DNA of 64,000 bases, from assembly GCA_041287245.1 (NCBI GenBank), contig JBEULP010000039.1, forward strand, positions 1 through 64,000. Reading direction: 5' to 3'. Under the pieces are notes generated by a model. It ran no database searches. It saw nothing but the letters and a program-made list of their open reading frames with translations, and was not told the DNA's origin. The position numbers were made by a program, and so were the translations under genes. Shown piece by piece: positions 23,621-33,955 of the stretch (position 1 is its first letter; every line of letters starts with the position of its first letter). This stretch comes from Infirmifilum sp. GTDB taxonomy: Archaea; Thermoproteota; Thermoprotei; Thermofilales; Thermofilaceae.

Positions 23621-23915
23621 GTACAGGTATGTTGTTATAGAGCTCTCAGATGGGGCCATAGACCCGCGCGAAGTAGAGGAGTACATAGCTAAGCTTATAC
23701 AGCAGCTCTTCGGCATCCAGGGGTTGTCTCAGACTCTCCCTAGGGTCGTTTTTCAACGTAAAAACATTTTCGTCGTACGAGTGAGACGGGAGGGGTTAAA
23801 AATCCTCAGGGCATCGCTCGCTCTCGACCTTGCCCCTCGTCTATTCGTGTTGAAAACAACCGGGACTATTCGTAAAGCCAGTAGGATCGCGTCAAGCTGG
23901 GGCAGACCTTCCTAA
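23598..23915 (+). CDS. rnp2: Ribonuclease P protein component 2 (Pop5/Rpp14)
   Basis: KYRYVVIE, LFGIQG, VVRV, TTGTIRKA. Confidence 0.85.
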   Translation: MVKMREVKYRYVVIELSDGAIDPREVEEYIAKLIQQLFGIQGLSQTLPRVVFQRKNIFVVRVRREGLKILRASLALDLAPRLFVLKTTGTIRKASRIASSWGRPS

Positions 23916-23976
23916 CTAAGCTAGCGCGCGAGCGGAAGCCTAATAAAATCCTATTCCGCGTGGATAATGAGACTGC

Positions 23977-24873
23977 ATGCGAGATTTAACGGTTGTTTCC
24001 GGCTCTGGATGTTCAGGGTTAGCTTTAGCGGTTTCTAGGCTTCTCAATGTAGTGTTCCAGCCAGTTATTGTGAGAGAGTTTCCAGATGGGGAGCTATATG
24101 TTAGAGTGCCTACCGACGTGAATGGGAGAAAAGTCGTCCTGGTTGAGTGTGCAGGTCGAAGGCCAAACTCGGCGTTCATGGAAACTATTTTCACGGTTAA
24201 GACCCTCATTAAGAAGGGGGCTAGAGAGGTAATCCTCGCTCTTCCCTACTTTCCTTATGCACGCCAGGATGCAGAGTTTAATCCAGGAGAGTCCGAAAGT
24301 CTCCGAATAATCGCAGACCTTCTTAGTGACCTTGGAGTGTCGTCTGTTGTAACAGTTGACATGCACCTGCACAGGTTTAAGAGCATGAATGAGATATTCC
24401 GCATTAAAACCGTTAACGTAACAGCTATGCGTGACCTAGCTCGATATGTTTCCCGAAACTACCCGGGGGTCTCCCTCGTTATAGGCCCGGATGAGGAGGC
24501 TGAGCAGTGGGCACGGCTCTTCGCCGAAGAGCTAGGCAGTCCCTACGCGGTTCTAGAGAAGGAGCGGAGAGGGGATGAAGAGGTAACGGTTTCAGGGGGC
24601 GTGGAAGCGAGGGGTCAGGTGGTCATTGTTGATGACATTATAAGCACGGGGGCTACTATAGCTACAACAGCCTCATCGCTGAAGTCCAAGGGCGTCACTG
24701 ATATAATTGTGGCTTGTACCCATGGCTTGCTTGTGGGTGGGGCGGAGTCGAAGATCTTCACTAGTGGTGTTAAGGATATTATAACCTCTGACACCATAAC
24801 GAATCCTTTCGCTAAGGTAAGCGTTGCACCTTCATTGGCAGATGGAATAGCTAGGGTGGTGCTCGATGGATAA
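23977..24873 (+). CDS. prs: Ribose-phosphate pyrophosphokinase
   Basis: FPDGELYVR, PYFPYARQD, GPDEEA, VDDIISTGAT, CTHG. Confidence 0.95.
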   Translation: MRDLTVVSGSGCSGLALAVSRLLNVVFQPVIVREFPDGELYVRVPTDVNGRKVVLVECAGRRPNSAFMETIFTVKTLIKKGAREVILALPYFPYARQDAEFNPGESESLRIIADLLSDLGVSSVVTVDMHLHRFKSMNEIFRIKTVNVTAMRDLARYVSRNYPGVSLVIGPDEEAEQWARLFAEELGSPYAVLEKERRGDEEVTVSGGVEARGQVVIVDDIISTGATIATTASSLKSKGVTDIIVACTHGLLVGGAESKIFTSGVKDIITSDTITNPFAKVSVAPSLADGIARVVLDG

Positions 24874-25831
24874 AGCCGAATACGTGGAGGCTATAAATAG
24901 GATTAGAACTGGAAAGATACACAGCTCTTCAGAAGTTGTGTTCTTCGCCCTCGATAAAATGCTCCAGGTTCTTGCTGAGGAGAAAAAGCTTAGCAAGTTC
25001 GCAGAGTTCACGCTTCAACTAGTAAAGTCCCGTCCAACAAGCGCGCTCTTAATAAATGTTGCCCGCGAGCTGTCTAGAGAAATAATTGACCACAAGGAGG
25101 AATCCATAGATGGTATCATAGAGCATGCCACCCGGAAAGTCGATGAGCTCAAGAAGCGTATTCAAACATCGGTTGAGCTCTCTGCAGGTATAGCTGAAAA
25201 AAGAATAGAGTCGGGAGACACCATTTTAACAGCCTCCTATAGTCTCTTCGTAAAGAAAACAATCGAAAATGCCCTTAGAAAAGGAAAAGAAATAAAAATT
25301 ATTGTCACAGAGTCCCGCCCAGGTAGTGAAGGTCTTAGGATGGCATCAGAACTCGTCTCGCTAGGTTGCGACGTCACCTTAATCGTGGACTCTGCTGTAA
25401 GATTTGTCATGAAAAATGTTGATAAGGTTCTCTTATCCTCGGAAAGCGTCACGGCTAATGGTGCCAATGTGAACAAGATAGGCTCAAGCCAGATTGCATT
25501 GGCAGCCCATGAGGCGCGGGTAAGGGTCTTCGTAGTAACCACAACTCTGAAGTTTAGCCCTGAAACAATCGTAGGTGAAATGATAGAGATACCTGAGGCT
25601 GACACTTCTGAGATTCGAGAACTCTTAGAGAAGAAGGGTCTAGATAAGGTTAAGGTTAAAGCCCCCCTATTTGACGTTACACCCCCCGAATACATCGACG
25701 CTATAATAACCGAGAAGGGGCTCGTAGCCCCATCCTTTGCAATTATGACGGTCAGAGACCTATACGGGTGGCCACCCCGTCCACTCCTTTTAGACGAAAG
25801 TCTAAGAGAGTTGCTAGGGGTTGATAAATGA
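24866..25831 (+). CDS. eIF2B alpha/beta/delta-family protein, predicted catalytically inactive
   Basis: SRPTS, VTESRP, NKIGS and FDVTP retained; IRGA, THC and GAD replaced by IHSS, TAS and SSE. Confidence 0.85.
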   Translation: MDKAEYVEAINRIRTGKIHSSSEVVFFALDKMLQVLAEEKKLSKFAEFTLQLVKSRPTSALLINVARELSREIIDHKEESIDGIIEHATRKVDELKKRIQTSVELSAGIAEKRIESGDTILTASYSLFVKKTIENALRKGKEIKIIVTESRPGSEGLRMASELVSLGCDVTLIVDSAVRFVMKNVDKVLLSSESVTANGANVNKIGSSQIALAAHEARVRVFVVTTTLKFSPETIVGEMIEIPEADTSEIRELLEKKGLDKVKVKAPLFDVTPPEYIDAIITEKGLVAPSFAIMTVRDLYGWPPRPLLLDESLRELLGVDK

Positions 25832-26811
25832 GTTTTAGTGTTCCCGAGGAGGTCTATAAAATAGCAAACGATATAAAGGAAATGAGGATTAGAGGGGCTG
25901 GGAGAATAGCTAGAGCGGCAGCTACCGCTATAATGATAGCTGTAGAAAAATATCAGGGAGAGGATTTAGAAGTTTTCAAGGATTATGTCAGATATGTCGC
26001 AGACTACCTCGTCAAGACACGCCCAACAGCCGTCTCCCTACCCAATGCAGTTAGCTTCGTGATAAAGCCTCTACAGGTGGGCCTCCACATCAAGGATGTG
26101 GAGGAGGCAAAGACGATCATAATAGATCGGGCTCAGTCTTTCATTAAATACTCGGAGGAAGCGCTCGCTAGAATAGCCGAGATTGGTAGCAGGGTAATAC
26201 AAGATGGCGACAACATCTTGACGCATTGTAATAGCCAAGCAGTAGCTTCGATAGTTCAAAAAGCTATCCAACAAGGGAAAAACATCCAGGTATTCGCCAC
26301 GGAAACCCGCCCGCTCTTCCAGGGACATATTACCGCCAAGATGCTCCTGGAGGTCGGAGCGGATGTAACATTGATTCCTGATTCAAGCGTCAGAACCATA
26401 ATCCGCAGGATAGACAAGGTGATAGTCGGCGCAGACACTGTAACGGCTAACGGCGCTGTAGTAAATAAGATCGGCACGAGCATGATTGCCCTAATTGCCC
26501 ACGAGCGTGGAACAGATTTCTACGTAGCCACTGAAACCTATAAGTTCAGCCCCTTAACCGTATGGGGGGAGCCAGTCATAATTGAAGAACGTCCTCCCAC
26601 CGAGGTTGTTTCCCAAGAATTTCTAAATCAAAACCCCCGTCTCAAAGTGCTCAATCCGTCTTTCGACGTTACCCCCTCTGCCTATATAAGAGGGATTATC
26701 ACGGAGATAGGTCTTATCCCACCGAATGCAGCGCTTCTTGTCCTAGAAGAGGTTTATGGGCGGGAAACTATGCACGAGACGCTTCACACAGTAGAGGAAG
26801 AAATATCCTAA
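25828..26811 (+). CDS. Ribose 1,5-bisphosphate isomerase
   Basis: MRIRGAG, TRPTAVSL, LTHCNS (catalytic Cys), VGAD (catalytic Asp), NKIGT, NPSFDVTP. Confidence 0.9.
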   Translation: MSFSVPEEVYKIANDIKEMRIRGAGRIARAAATAIMIAVEKYQGEDLEVFKDYVRYVADYLVKTRPTAVSLPNAVSFVIKPLQVGLHIKDVEEAKTIIIDRAQSFIKYSEEALARIAEIGSRVIQDGDNILTHCNSQAVASIVQKAIQQGKNIQVFATETRPLFQGHITAKMLLEVGADVTLIPDSSVRTIIRRIDKVIVGADTVTANGAVVNKIGTSMIALIAHERGTDFYVATETYKFSPLTVWGEPVIIEERPPTEVVSQEFLNQNPRLKVLNPSFDVTPSAYIRGIITEIGLIPPNAALLVLEEVYGRETMHETLHTVEEEIS

Positions 26812-26856
26812 GGAGGTAATCGATAAACCTAAGTGTCTGAGCTATAATAGTTATAT

Positions 26857-27471
26857 ATGGCTGGTAGTAGGCTGAAGATAGCTAATATTTCCTGGTCCGA
26901 GCTTTATAGGGATACTGTCGAGCTATCCAAGAAAATTTTGGTAAGTGGATTTATTCCTCAGAAGCTGGTCGTTATTGCTAGAGGAGGGCTAGTTCTCGGC
27001 AGGCTGTTATCCGACCTTTTAGGGGTTAAGGATATCACTATTATTCCTGTATCGTTCTACCAGGGCATCGGCTCTACTAATGAAAAACCCGTGATATTGA
27101 AAGAGATTGACGATAAAAACCTTGGAGGGAAAGTTGTCTTAATAGTAGACGACATAGTTGACACGGGTGAAACTCTTCAAGCAGTACTCGAGTATGTGCA
27201 AAGGTTTAATCCCAAGGAGCTCAGAAGTGCCGCTCTCTATGTGAAACCCTGGGCGAAAATTTTACCAGACTATTTCGTTAGGGTCGTAGATGTATGGGTG
27301 GTTTTTCCATATGAGTTACGAGAAACTCTTGAGAAACTACCGGAAGAGTATGTGGAGCTTCTAAGCCTAGATGCTGAAACAATAGAAGATATAAAAACTA
27401 TCGAAGAGTATACTAGAAACAAAGCACAGTACAATGAAGAAGTTGAAGGGAAGAGCAATGGATTACTCTAA
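26857..27471 (+). CDS. Purine phosphoribosyltransferase (type I PRTase)
   Basis: IARGG, VLIVDDIVDTGETL, WVVFPYE. Confidence 0.9.
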   Translation: MAGSRLKIANISWSELYRDTVELSKKILVSGFIPQKLVVIARGGLVLGRLLSDLLGVKDITIIPVSFYQGIGSTNEKPVILKEIDDKNLGGKVVLIVDDIVDTGETLQAVLEYVQRFNPKELRSAALYVKPWAKILPDYFVRVVDVWVVFPYELRETLEKLPEEYVELLSLDAETIEDIKTIEEYTRNKAQYNEEVEGKSNGLL

Positions 27472-28021
27472 CTTATTCGCAAAATTCTTGGATGAGCTTT
27501 TAAGTCGAGATTTGGAACCGTTAGAGAAAGACTTCTATGAGAAAATCGTAGAGGAGCTTCGGAAAGCGAAAAATGAAGATAAAATATCTAGAAGTGTTGC
27601 CGTTACGCTTAGGTTTCTCTTTATTCTAAGACTCATTAAAGAGCTGGAAATTCTCTACAGGGGCTCTACACTAAATCTTGAGGACCTTCCCTCCTTAGAG
27701 AGAGAAGTTTTATCTAAGGTTACAGAGGCACTACGCTCGCTAGTACCTCAATACCCTTCGAGAGAGTTGCAGGTGAAACCCTCTGAGGCTAAGGCAACCG
27801 AAGATAGGCATGAGCCCCAACCCCAAGATAAAAAAACAGAGGAGAAAACCCTTGTATTTTTCCTTCAGCCCTATCCTCGCATCATAGATCGCAATATTAT
27901 CCTCGGTCCCTTTAACAAGGGGGATATTGCCTTTATCCCTAAGCGTCTAGCGAAGGATCTCATAGCATCTGGTTACGTTGAAGAAATTGCTGAGGGCTCA
28001 GGAGAACAGCGAGAAGGCTAA
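27458..28021 (+). CDS. GINS subunit Gins15/Gins51-like
   Basis: LEPLEKDFYE A-domain and LGPFNKGDIAFIP..A..LI..G B-domain. Confidence 0.8.
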   Translation: MDYSNLFAKFLDELLSRDLEPLEKDFYEKIVEELRKAKNEDKISRSVAVTLRFLFILRLIKELEILYRGSTLNLEDLPSLEREVLSKVTEALRSLVPQYPSRELQVKPSEAKATEDRHEPQPQDKKTEEKTLVFFLQPYPRIIDRNIILGPFNKGDIAFIPKRLAKDLIASGYVEEIAEGSGEQREG

Positions 28022-28078
28022 TCGCGCATGGTAACCAAAACTAAATATAGTGGCTATGAGCTCTCGTATGAGAAAAGT

Positions 28079-28513
28079 ATGTCTAGCGTTGAAAACGAGT
28101 TTCCATCTTATGATGAGCTCCTCGAAAGGGCGTATAAGTTATTGCCAAAGCGTAGGCCAAAATCGACGGGGGAGAGGTTTACACTGCCACGTTTTGAAGT
28201 AACGGTAACCGGTAAAAGAGTATACATCACTAACTTTAAGGAGGTTGCTGAGATGCTAAATAGAGATCCCCATACGCTGCTCCGCTTTCTACTTAAAGAG
28301 ATAGCTCTTCCAGGTACCTATGAAGAAAACACCGCTGTTATTCAGGGAGAAGTCTCCCCCCAGCTCCTCAACAAGCTACTCGAGAGGTTCTTCAATGACT
28401 ATGTGAAGTGTCCTATCTGTGGAAGCCCTGACACGCTCCTTATAAAAGAGAAAAAGATAATGCAGATTAAGTGCATGGCTTGTGGAGCTGTTTCGCCGGT
28501 AAAACCATTTTAG
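28079..28513 (+). CDS. eif2b: Translation initiation factor 2 subunit beta
   Basis: YDELLERAY, ERF.LP, ITNF, YVKCPICGSPDT...CMACGA zinc ribbon. Confidence 0.95.
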   Translation: MSSVENEFPSYDELLERAYKLLPKRRPKSTGERFTLPRFEVTVTGKRVYITNFKEVAEMLNRDPHTLLRFLLKEIALPGTYEENTAVIQGEVSPQLLNKLLERFFNDYVKCPICGSPDTLLIKEKKIMQIKCMACGAVSPVKPF

Positions 28514-28521
28514 TCGTGCCG

Positions 28522-29568
28522 TTATCTTCGAGCTCCTTGCGGGCTGAATAATCCAATTCTTTCAATTTCATCTAACAACCTTTCCAAGTTTAGCTTTTTC
28601 TCCGCAGAGACGGGTATAAATTTCTCATCCTTAAAGATGAGTTCCAGTCTCTTCACGTGCTCGGGTCTCGTTACATCCATCTTGTTTGCAACTTTTATAA
28701 CCTTGAGGTTTGAGAAGCTTGACGATATTTCATCGAAGACAGCTTTCTGATACTCTAGTGGGAATCCACATGTCTCAGTGGGATCGACTACGAATATGAT
28801 GGCGTTGGCTATGAGACGTATTGCCAAGATAGCTTGGCGTTCAATCTTGTTTTTCTCGTTTAAAGGCGTGTCGAGCAGTCCGGGGGTATCTATCAGTTGT
28901 ATTCTGAAGTGCTTCCGGTCAAGTATACCTATATTAAGTTTGGTTGTTGTGAAAGGATAAGGACTCACCTTTGGCTTGGCGTTTGTCAGCGCTCTTAGAA
29001 GAGAGGATTTTCCCACATTCGGAGCCCCTGCGATGATTATGGTTAGAAGACTAGTATCAACCTCAGGGAGCTCAATGAAGTGTTCTTGAAACTCCCTTAT
29101 TTTTCCTAGACAATCATTAAGACTTTCTAATATTGAGAGAGTTCTTCCGAAGAATGCGCGGCGGACACTGTTTATCTCGCTTTCTTTCTCCGAAGCCACT
29201 ACCCTTTTCTTCGATTCCAAGTAAATTTTTCTAAGAATCTTTCTTACAGATCTCGTCTGTGCTAGACACTTTTTATATGTGTCAGGGTCAACGCTTAACG
29301 CCAGTAGTTCTCGGAAGAATGGATGGAGATCCTCAATAAATGGGCTTCTTTCGAGGACGCTACCCAGGTGCGTATCCACAGTCTTAAAAGCTCTTTCAAT
29401 ACAACGTAAGCTATCTATCTTTTTTGACTCCAGTTTGCCTCTACGCGGTGGCGGGGGTCTTTTTTTGCAGGCAGCTAAAGCTTTCTCGAAAATTTTCTCT
29501 CCGCTAGGATACGCCAGAATAATATTTCTTTTCTGTTCGCTTATGCTCAACTTAAACACTCTTCGCAC
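28522..29568 (-). CDS. NOG1-family GTPase
   Basis: LHPFF, GAPNVGKSS, YPFTT, DTPGLLD, NKMD, VSA. Confidence 0.93.
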   Translation of the reverse strand: MRRVFKLSISEQKRNIILAYPSGEKIFEKALAACKKRPPPPRRGKLESKKIDSLRCIERAFKTVDTHLGSVLERSPFIEDLHPFFRELLALSVDPDTYKKCLAQTRSVRKILRKIYLESKKRVVASEKESEINSVRRAFFGRTLSILESLNDCLGKIREFQEHFIELPEVDTSLLTIIIAGAPNVGKSSLLRALTNAKPKVSPYPFTTTKLNIGILDRKHFRIQLIDTPGLLDTPLNEKNKIERQAILAIRLIANAIIFVVDPTETCGFPLEYQKAVFDEISSSFSNLKVIKVANKMDVTRPEHVKRLELIFKDEKFIPVSAEKKLNLERLLDEIERIGLFSPQGARR

Positions 29569-29585
29569 AGTTAAGGGATAGAAGC

Positions 29586-30284
29586 TTACTTCCGCGCTAC
29601 TAGGAAGGCATGCGCCTCGTCATAGGGTTCAAGGTGTAATGATTCCTGCACTTTATATCCTCGTTGCTCAAGGTGATCCATCTCTCTCTTATAGGTTTCT
29701 GAGGGGGCTTTTGTGACGTCAATACTCATCGCCTTTATAGCCATCATTATCCATCCACCCTTTTTCAGGAACATATCCGCGTTGTCCGCTACGTACTTGC
29801 TTTGGAAGGGCTGTGCAATATCGGCGTAGACCACGTCAACTGCCTCTACAATGTGTGCGTATTTAGAGGGGAAGCGCGCGTCTGCTAAAAGTGGGATGAC
29901 GTTTGTCCTGTGATTTGCAACCTTTTCAATGAACTCTCTCATCACTCTAGGGGCGAACTCGACCCCATATAGTATGCCATTAGGGCCGATAATGTCAGAA
30001 ACATGGCTTGGAGTAGTCCCAGACGCTACACCGAGATACAACACCTTTGTTCCAGGTTGTATAGGGTTAATCTTCAATCCTTTCATTATAGCGCCTGCCA
30101 GCTTGCTTCTATAGGGATTCCATATCCTGTACTCCTTGCCCTCTATCGTAATCAGCTGCTCGCCATAAACCTTAATGCCAGGCGCTAGGTTTATTGTAGC
30201 CAGCCTTTCACTGCCATCTTCAAAGGATACAACGTAGACGCTTGGGAAACTGGGGTGTTCACGCACGCTCAAAGCTCTTATCAT
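29586..30284 (-). CDS. flpA: Fibrillarin-like rRNA/tRNA 2'-O-methyltransferase
   Basis: [33 protein letters not shown]. Confidence 0.97.
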   Translation of the reverse strand: MIRALSVREHPSFPSVYVVSFEDGSERLATINLAPGIKVYGEQLITIEGKEYRIWNPYRSKLAGAIMKGLKINPIQPGTKVLYLGVASGTTPSHVSDIIGPNGILYGVEFAPRVMREFIEKVANHRTNVIPLLADARFPSKYAHIVEAVDVVYADIAQPFQSKYVADNADMFLKKGGWIMMAIKAMSIDVTKAPSETYKREMDHLEQRGYKVQESLHLEPYDEAHAFLVARK

Positions 30285-31516
30285 CTCCTATCACCCTTCC
30301 AATGTTTTTTACCTTTTTTTACTTTTTCACGTGCGTGAGGCTTCTCTTTCTTAACAGGGGGCTTTTCGTATAGTTTCTTTATTTCCTCAACTCTCTTCTC
30401 AAGATCTTCGCGCAGCTCATCGGCGCGGTATTCACCCGAGAAAGCGTCAATTCGTGCAGCAATAGCAAGCTTAGCTGCCAACGCTCTGGCTATCTTGCCT
30501 CTCTGCCACCGTGGAGACTTGTGAATAAGCGGGTGTTGAAATATAACGCCATGCTTCGGAGGCTTAGCCCCATATCTGAGCGCTCTAAACAAAGCTTTTT
30601 CAGCGCCTAACACCTGGATAGTGCTTGCAGGAAGCTTAGCGAGTTTTTCAAGGCCTCCTGCTAGGGAGATGAGTCTAGCTCCTAGGAGAGAACCCACTAG
30701 GCCTCTGATGTTAGGAGCAACCTCATACATTGCTTCATCAATGTATTTCTCGAGGCTACGCCTGACATTGTATAAGCGTAGACCTGTGTCCGATATAAGT
30801 CTAATAGCTTCTAAGTCAAATTCTGTCAAATCTGCACCCATGCTTTGCCCGGCAGCTTTGACTATCTTCTTAGCAACCTCTTCCTTAAACCCTAGCTTTA
30901 ATAGCGCGTCCTCAGTTATTTTATCGCGATATCCAATATTACTGATAATTTTGAAATAATCTTCGTGTTCCTCAACCAGTGAGTCAAGCTCTGGAAAATG
31001 AAGGCTATACCACTCTCTAGCTCTAGAGGCGAAGAGGTTTATTGTTTTATTTACGTCGTCAAGAGCGTTAATTGCCTGGGCAACGAACAAGTCACGCTTT
31101 TCCGCTACCTCCTTAACCTTAATTCTCGCGAGAGAAAGTGTAATATCATGCAGGGTACTGTAATATTGGCTAGGCTTCAAACCCAGGGTGTTTTCGACAA
31201 GAACTGTAATGTTTTCCCGAACTTTCATAAACAGTTGGTTGTTTGAAGAGTGTTCAACCTTAAGACTAGGTAAATTCGATGAGAGAAAACGGGCTATGTC
31301 CTCGTCCTCTACAACAATCGTGTCACCAGCCTTCACGTTACCGGCGATGAACTTCAGGATTTCCTCCGGCAACTCTCCTCTTTCCAAGGCATTGAGAATC
31401 TGGGCTATCTTTTCGGGTGAGACACCCTCGGAGTACAGTCTGTAATAACTTATAGGCTCTCCTCTATCACTCAAAAGATATGTGGCTAGTGGTGAAGTAA
31501 AGAGATACATGATCAT
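30281..31516 (-). CDS. Box C/D RNP protein Nop5 (Nop56/58)
   Basis: [38 protein letters not shown]; Lys-rich tail. Confidence 0.95.
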   Translation of the reverse strand: MIMYLFTSPLATYLLSDRGEPISYYRLYSEGVSPEKIAQILNALERGELPEEILKFIAGNVKAGDTIVVEDEDIARFLSSNLPSLKVEHSSNNQLFMKVRENITVLVENTLGLKPSQYYSTLHDITLSLARIKVKEVAEKRDLFVAQAINALDDVNKTINLFASRAREWYSLHFPELDSLVEEHEDYFKIISNIGYRDKITEDALLKLGFKEEVAKKIVKAAGQSMGADLTEFDLEAIRLISDTGLRLYNVRRSLEKYIDEAMYEVAPNIRGLVGSLLGARLISLAGGLEKLAKLPASTIQVLGAEKALFRALRYGAKPPKHGVIFQHPLIHKSPRWQRGKIARALAAKLAIAARIDAFSGEYRADELREDLEKRVEEIKKLYEKPPVKKEKPHAREKVKKGKKHWKGDRR

Positions 31517-31638
31517 GGCTACCAAGTAGAACACTATATGCACCTTAATATAAACATAGAGTATATGAAGCCTTCATGACGCGCGAACCGTGACGAAAAT
31601 CTTAAAGTATAGAAACTCTCATTTAAAGGGAAGTTTTG

Positions 31639-31923
31639 ATGAGGCCTTTAGGGAAAGTTAGGCTATATACGCGTAACAAAAATCTCTTGGTTGAAGCACA
31701 CGAGGCACCATCAATTGGTGTGCCCGTCTATGATGAGAGAATGGCACAAATCGGGTACGTCTATGATGTTATAGGTCCGGTAACGGCTCCTTTTGTCCTT
31801 GTTAAGGTGGATGAAAACCGGCATAAACCAGAAGCCTTTATCGGGAAGCTACTCTATTGGAGAGGGGCTCCTCAAAGACCTGCAAAGAACAAGAAGGGTG
31901 TTAGATCCCATGGTGGACATTGA
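31639..31923 (+). CDS. H/ACA RNP protein Gar1
   Basis: IGYVYDVIGPVTAPFVLVK. Confidence 0.88.
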   Translation: MRPLGKVRLYTRNKNLLVEAHEAPSIGVPVYDERMAQIGYVYDVIGPVTAPFVLVKVDENRHKPEAFIGKLLYWRGAPQRPAKNKKGVRSHGGH

Positions 31924-32788
31924 ATGTCCCAACTGCAAGACCCGTCGCCCTCCCCTGTTTAATCCTGATACCGGAGAGTATGTCTGCCCTGTCTGTGGAT
32001 TTGTATACGGGTCTACACTGGAGCCATATGTCCCAAGGTCTCGAGACGACTATCAACGGAAGGTTCATAGTGAAAAAATGCTTAAGAATCCTGATACCAC
32101 GCCCAGGTCTGTTTCTCAGCAGCACCCCTTTGCGAGTAGAATGCTAAAACAGGATATGAAGAAGAGTATAGCATATGACACGTATATTTCCAGCATTCAA
32201 AAGGAGTTTAATATTCCCGCTTATATCATGGAAGAGGTTCAAAGGCTGTTCTGGAAGCTTCACAGCGGGAAGATTCTGAGAGGGCGAAGCCATAAGCTTG
32301 TGATAGCCACCCTGTTATACACTGTGTCAAAGAAATACCCGAATGTTCATTTTACACGCGAGGCTTTAGAGAAAATAGCCTCAAGCGACATTAAGAAAAT
32401 TTACCGTTTCTACCGCTTTCTAATAAAAAACGGCTATATTGAACCCGTAAAGACATATATGCAGCAAGAGTTGAGCCAGCATTTACCGGTTATTCTTAGC
32501 AGGTTAGAGCATGAGTTGAAGAGGAACAGGCAGCAGAATAAAAATGTCGCTTTCTTCCAGAAGATCCCTAAGAATTTAATCGCGAAGACTGCAGAAAATT
32601 TCTCCTCGAATTTATATGGGGCAAAGCCAAATGGTATAGTAGCTGCTACAGTCTACTTCTACATGAGGTTATGTGGTGTGCGTGTTAACCAGGATATAGT
32701 GGCGAGTCTATCTGATGTTTCCCCGCTAACTATCCGTAGGATAATCAAACAAATTTTAGACAAGGCTGATATAACAATACACTTGTGA
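31910..32788 (+). CDS. Divergent transcription factor B (TFB/TFIIB) family protein
   Basis: CPNC...GEYVCPVCG zinc ribbon, LRGRS, two cyclin-like repeats, GAKPNGIVAA, QDIVA...VSPLTIR; start reassigned to ATG 31910. Confidence 0.8.
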   Translation: MVDIECPNCKTRRPPLFNPDTGEYVCPVCGFVYGSTLEPYVPRSRDDYQRKVHSEKMLKNPDTTPRSVSQQHPFASRMLKQDMKKSIAYDTYISSIQKEFNIPAYIMEEVQRLFWKLHSGKILRGRSHKLVIATLLYTVSKKYPNVHFTREALEKIASSDIKKIYRFYRFLIKNGYIEPVKTYMQQELSQHLPVILSRLEHELKRNRQQNKNVAFFQKIPKNLIAKTAENFSSNLYGAKPNGIVAATVYFYMRLCGVRVNQDIVASLSDVSPLTIRRIIKQILDKADITIHL

Positions 32789-32898
32789 GTCATTCTTTTC
32801 TCAGAGTAAAAGTTTTTAAATGTAAAGTTTATATTAAGAAGCAAGTAGTGCAAAATGCTCGTTGACAGCTACAAACTGTCAGTCTGCATGGTGACCAT

Positions 32899-33849
32899 AT
32901 GGCTCTAGTTAACGAAGACATTCAGGCTTTGAGGCAGCAATTCATCGAGTTGCGGCAAAAGCTGCAAGAGTTAAATGGAAGGATAAACGAGTTACGCACT
33001 AACAGGGATCTGGCGAATGCCGAGGTTAAGAAGCTCTCTGCAGAGATAAGGGATCTTAGAGAGCAGTTGTTAAAAATGCGAGAACAGGTTGCACAGCTCG
33101 CCGGTAAGAAAAAAGAGCTCTACGACAAGCTTGTTTCGATTCGTGAGGAAAGGAAAAAGTTAATAGAAGAGTTAAATAAGAGCCGGGAAGACCTTAAGAA
33201 GCTTAACACGGAGTATAAATCCTTACGGAGTTTCCTAGGATCACGAACGTACGATGAAGAGGAATTGAGAAGCCGCATCGAACAGCTCGAATGGCAATAC
33301 CAGACTGTAACGCTTCCCCCAGAGGTTGAAAAAATCCTGATGAATAAGATTAGAAGCTTAGAGTCTATCTATGTTAACGTAAAACACCTGAATGAGCTGC
33401 GGGCGCGGATAGATGAAATAAGACAGAACGTGCCGCAGCTTAAGCAAAGAATTAGCCAGCTCAGTGAAGAGCTGAAACGGGTTGTAGACGAGTATCTCAA
33501 GGTCAAGGAGGAAGTTCAAAAGATCAAGTCACAGCGAGACGAAATATTCAAGAAGATTACAGAATTACGCCAGCAAAGGGACGCTATCCGTGAGAAAGCG
33601 AACGCATACCACCAAGAGCTTGTGTCGCTTTTACAAGAGGAGAAAACTATACGAGAAGAGCTCGAAAGAGTATCAGTGCTCCTTAAAGCAAAAGAGTTGT
33701 CGCAGCACCTCGAGGAACGTAAGAAGCTCCTTTACGGCAAAGCCTTAGAGGCCTTTGAAAAATACCAGAAAGGCGAAGCTCTGTCGTTAGACGAGTTTAA
33801 ACTGCTAGTAGAGTTCAACATGCTTAACAAGGATCTACAGAAAAGCTAA
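32899..33849 (+). CDS. Archaeal coiled-coil protein (COG1340-like)
   Basis: Continuous heptads with IEQLEWQYQTVTLPPEVEK centre and KYQKGEALSLDEF end. Confidence 0.8.
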   Translation: MALVNEDIQALRQQFIELRQKLQELNGRINELRTNRDLANAEVKKLSAEIRDLREQLLKMREQVAQLAGKKKELYDKLVSIREERKKLIEELNKSREDLKKLNTEYKSLRSFLGSRTYDEEELRSRIEQLEWQYQTVTLPPEVEKILMNKIRSLESIYVNVKHLNELRARIDEIRQNVPQLKQRISQLSEELKRVVDEYLKVKEEVQKIKSQRDEIFKKITELRQQRDAIREKANAYHQELVSLLQEEKTIREELERVSVLLKAKELSQHLEERKKLLYGKALEAFEKYQKGEALSLDEFKLLVEFNMLNKDLQKS

Positions 33850-33955
33850 AGCCTGAGCTTGCGCATGCGGCTAACCTCAAAGTAGCCTTCTCTATCTCTC
33901 ATATATCTCCACGGATAACTTCCTTTTTAAAATTTAAATTTAGGCTTAGCATTTT

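Noticed and set aside
31793..31909. Long gar1/tfb overlap implied by the ORF track; similar 5' extensions at 407, 11318, 35525, 39283, 39696
   Set aside because: Artefacts of longest-ORF calling; family homology begins at downstream starts.
32899..33849. Novel cytoskeletal or SMC-like protein
   Set aside because: No ATPase head; matches the widespread archaeal COG1340-type coiled-coil pattern.
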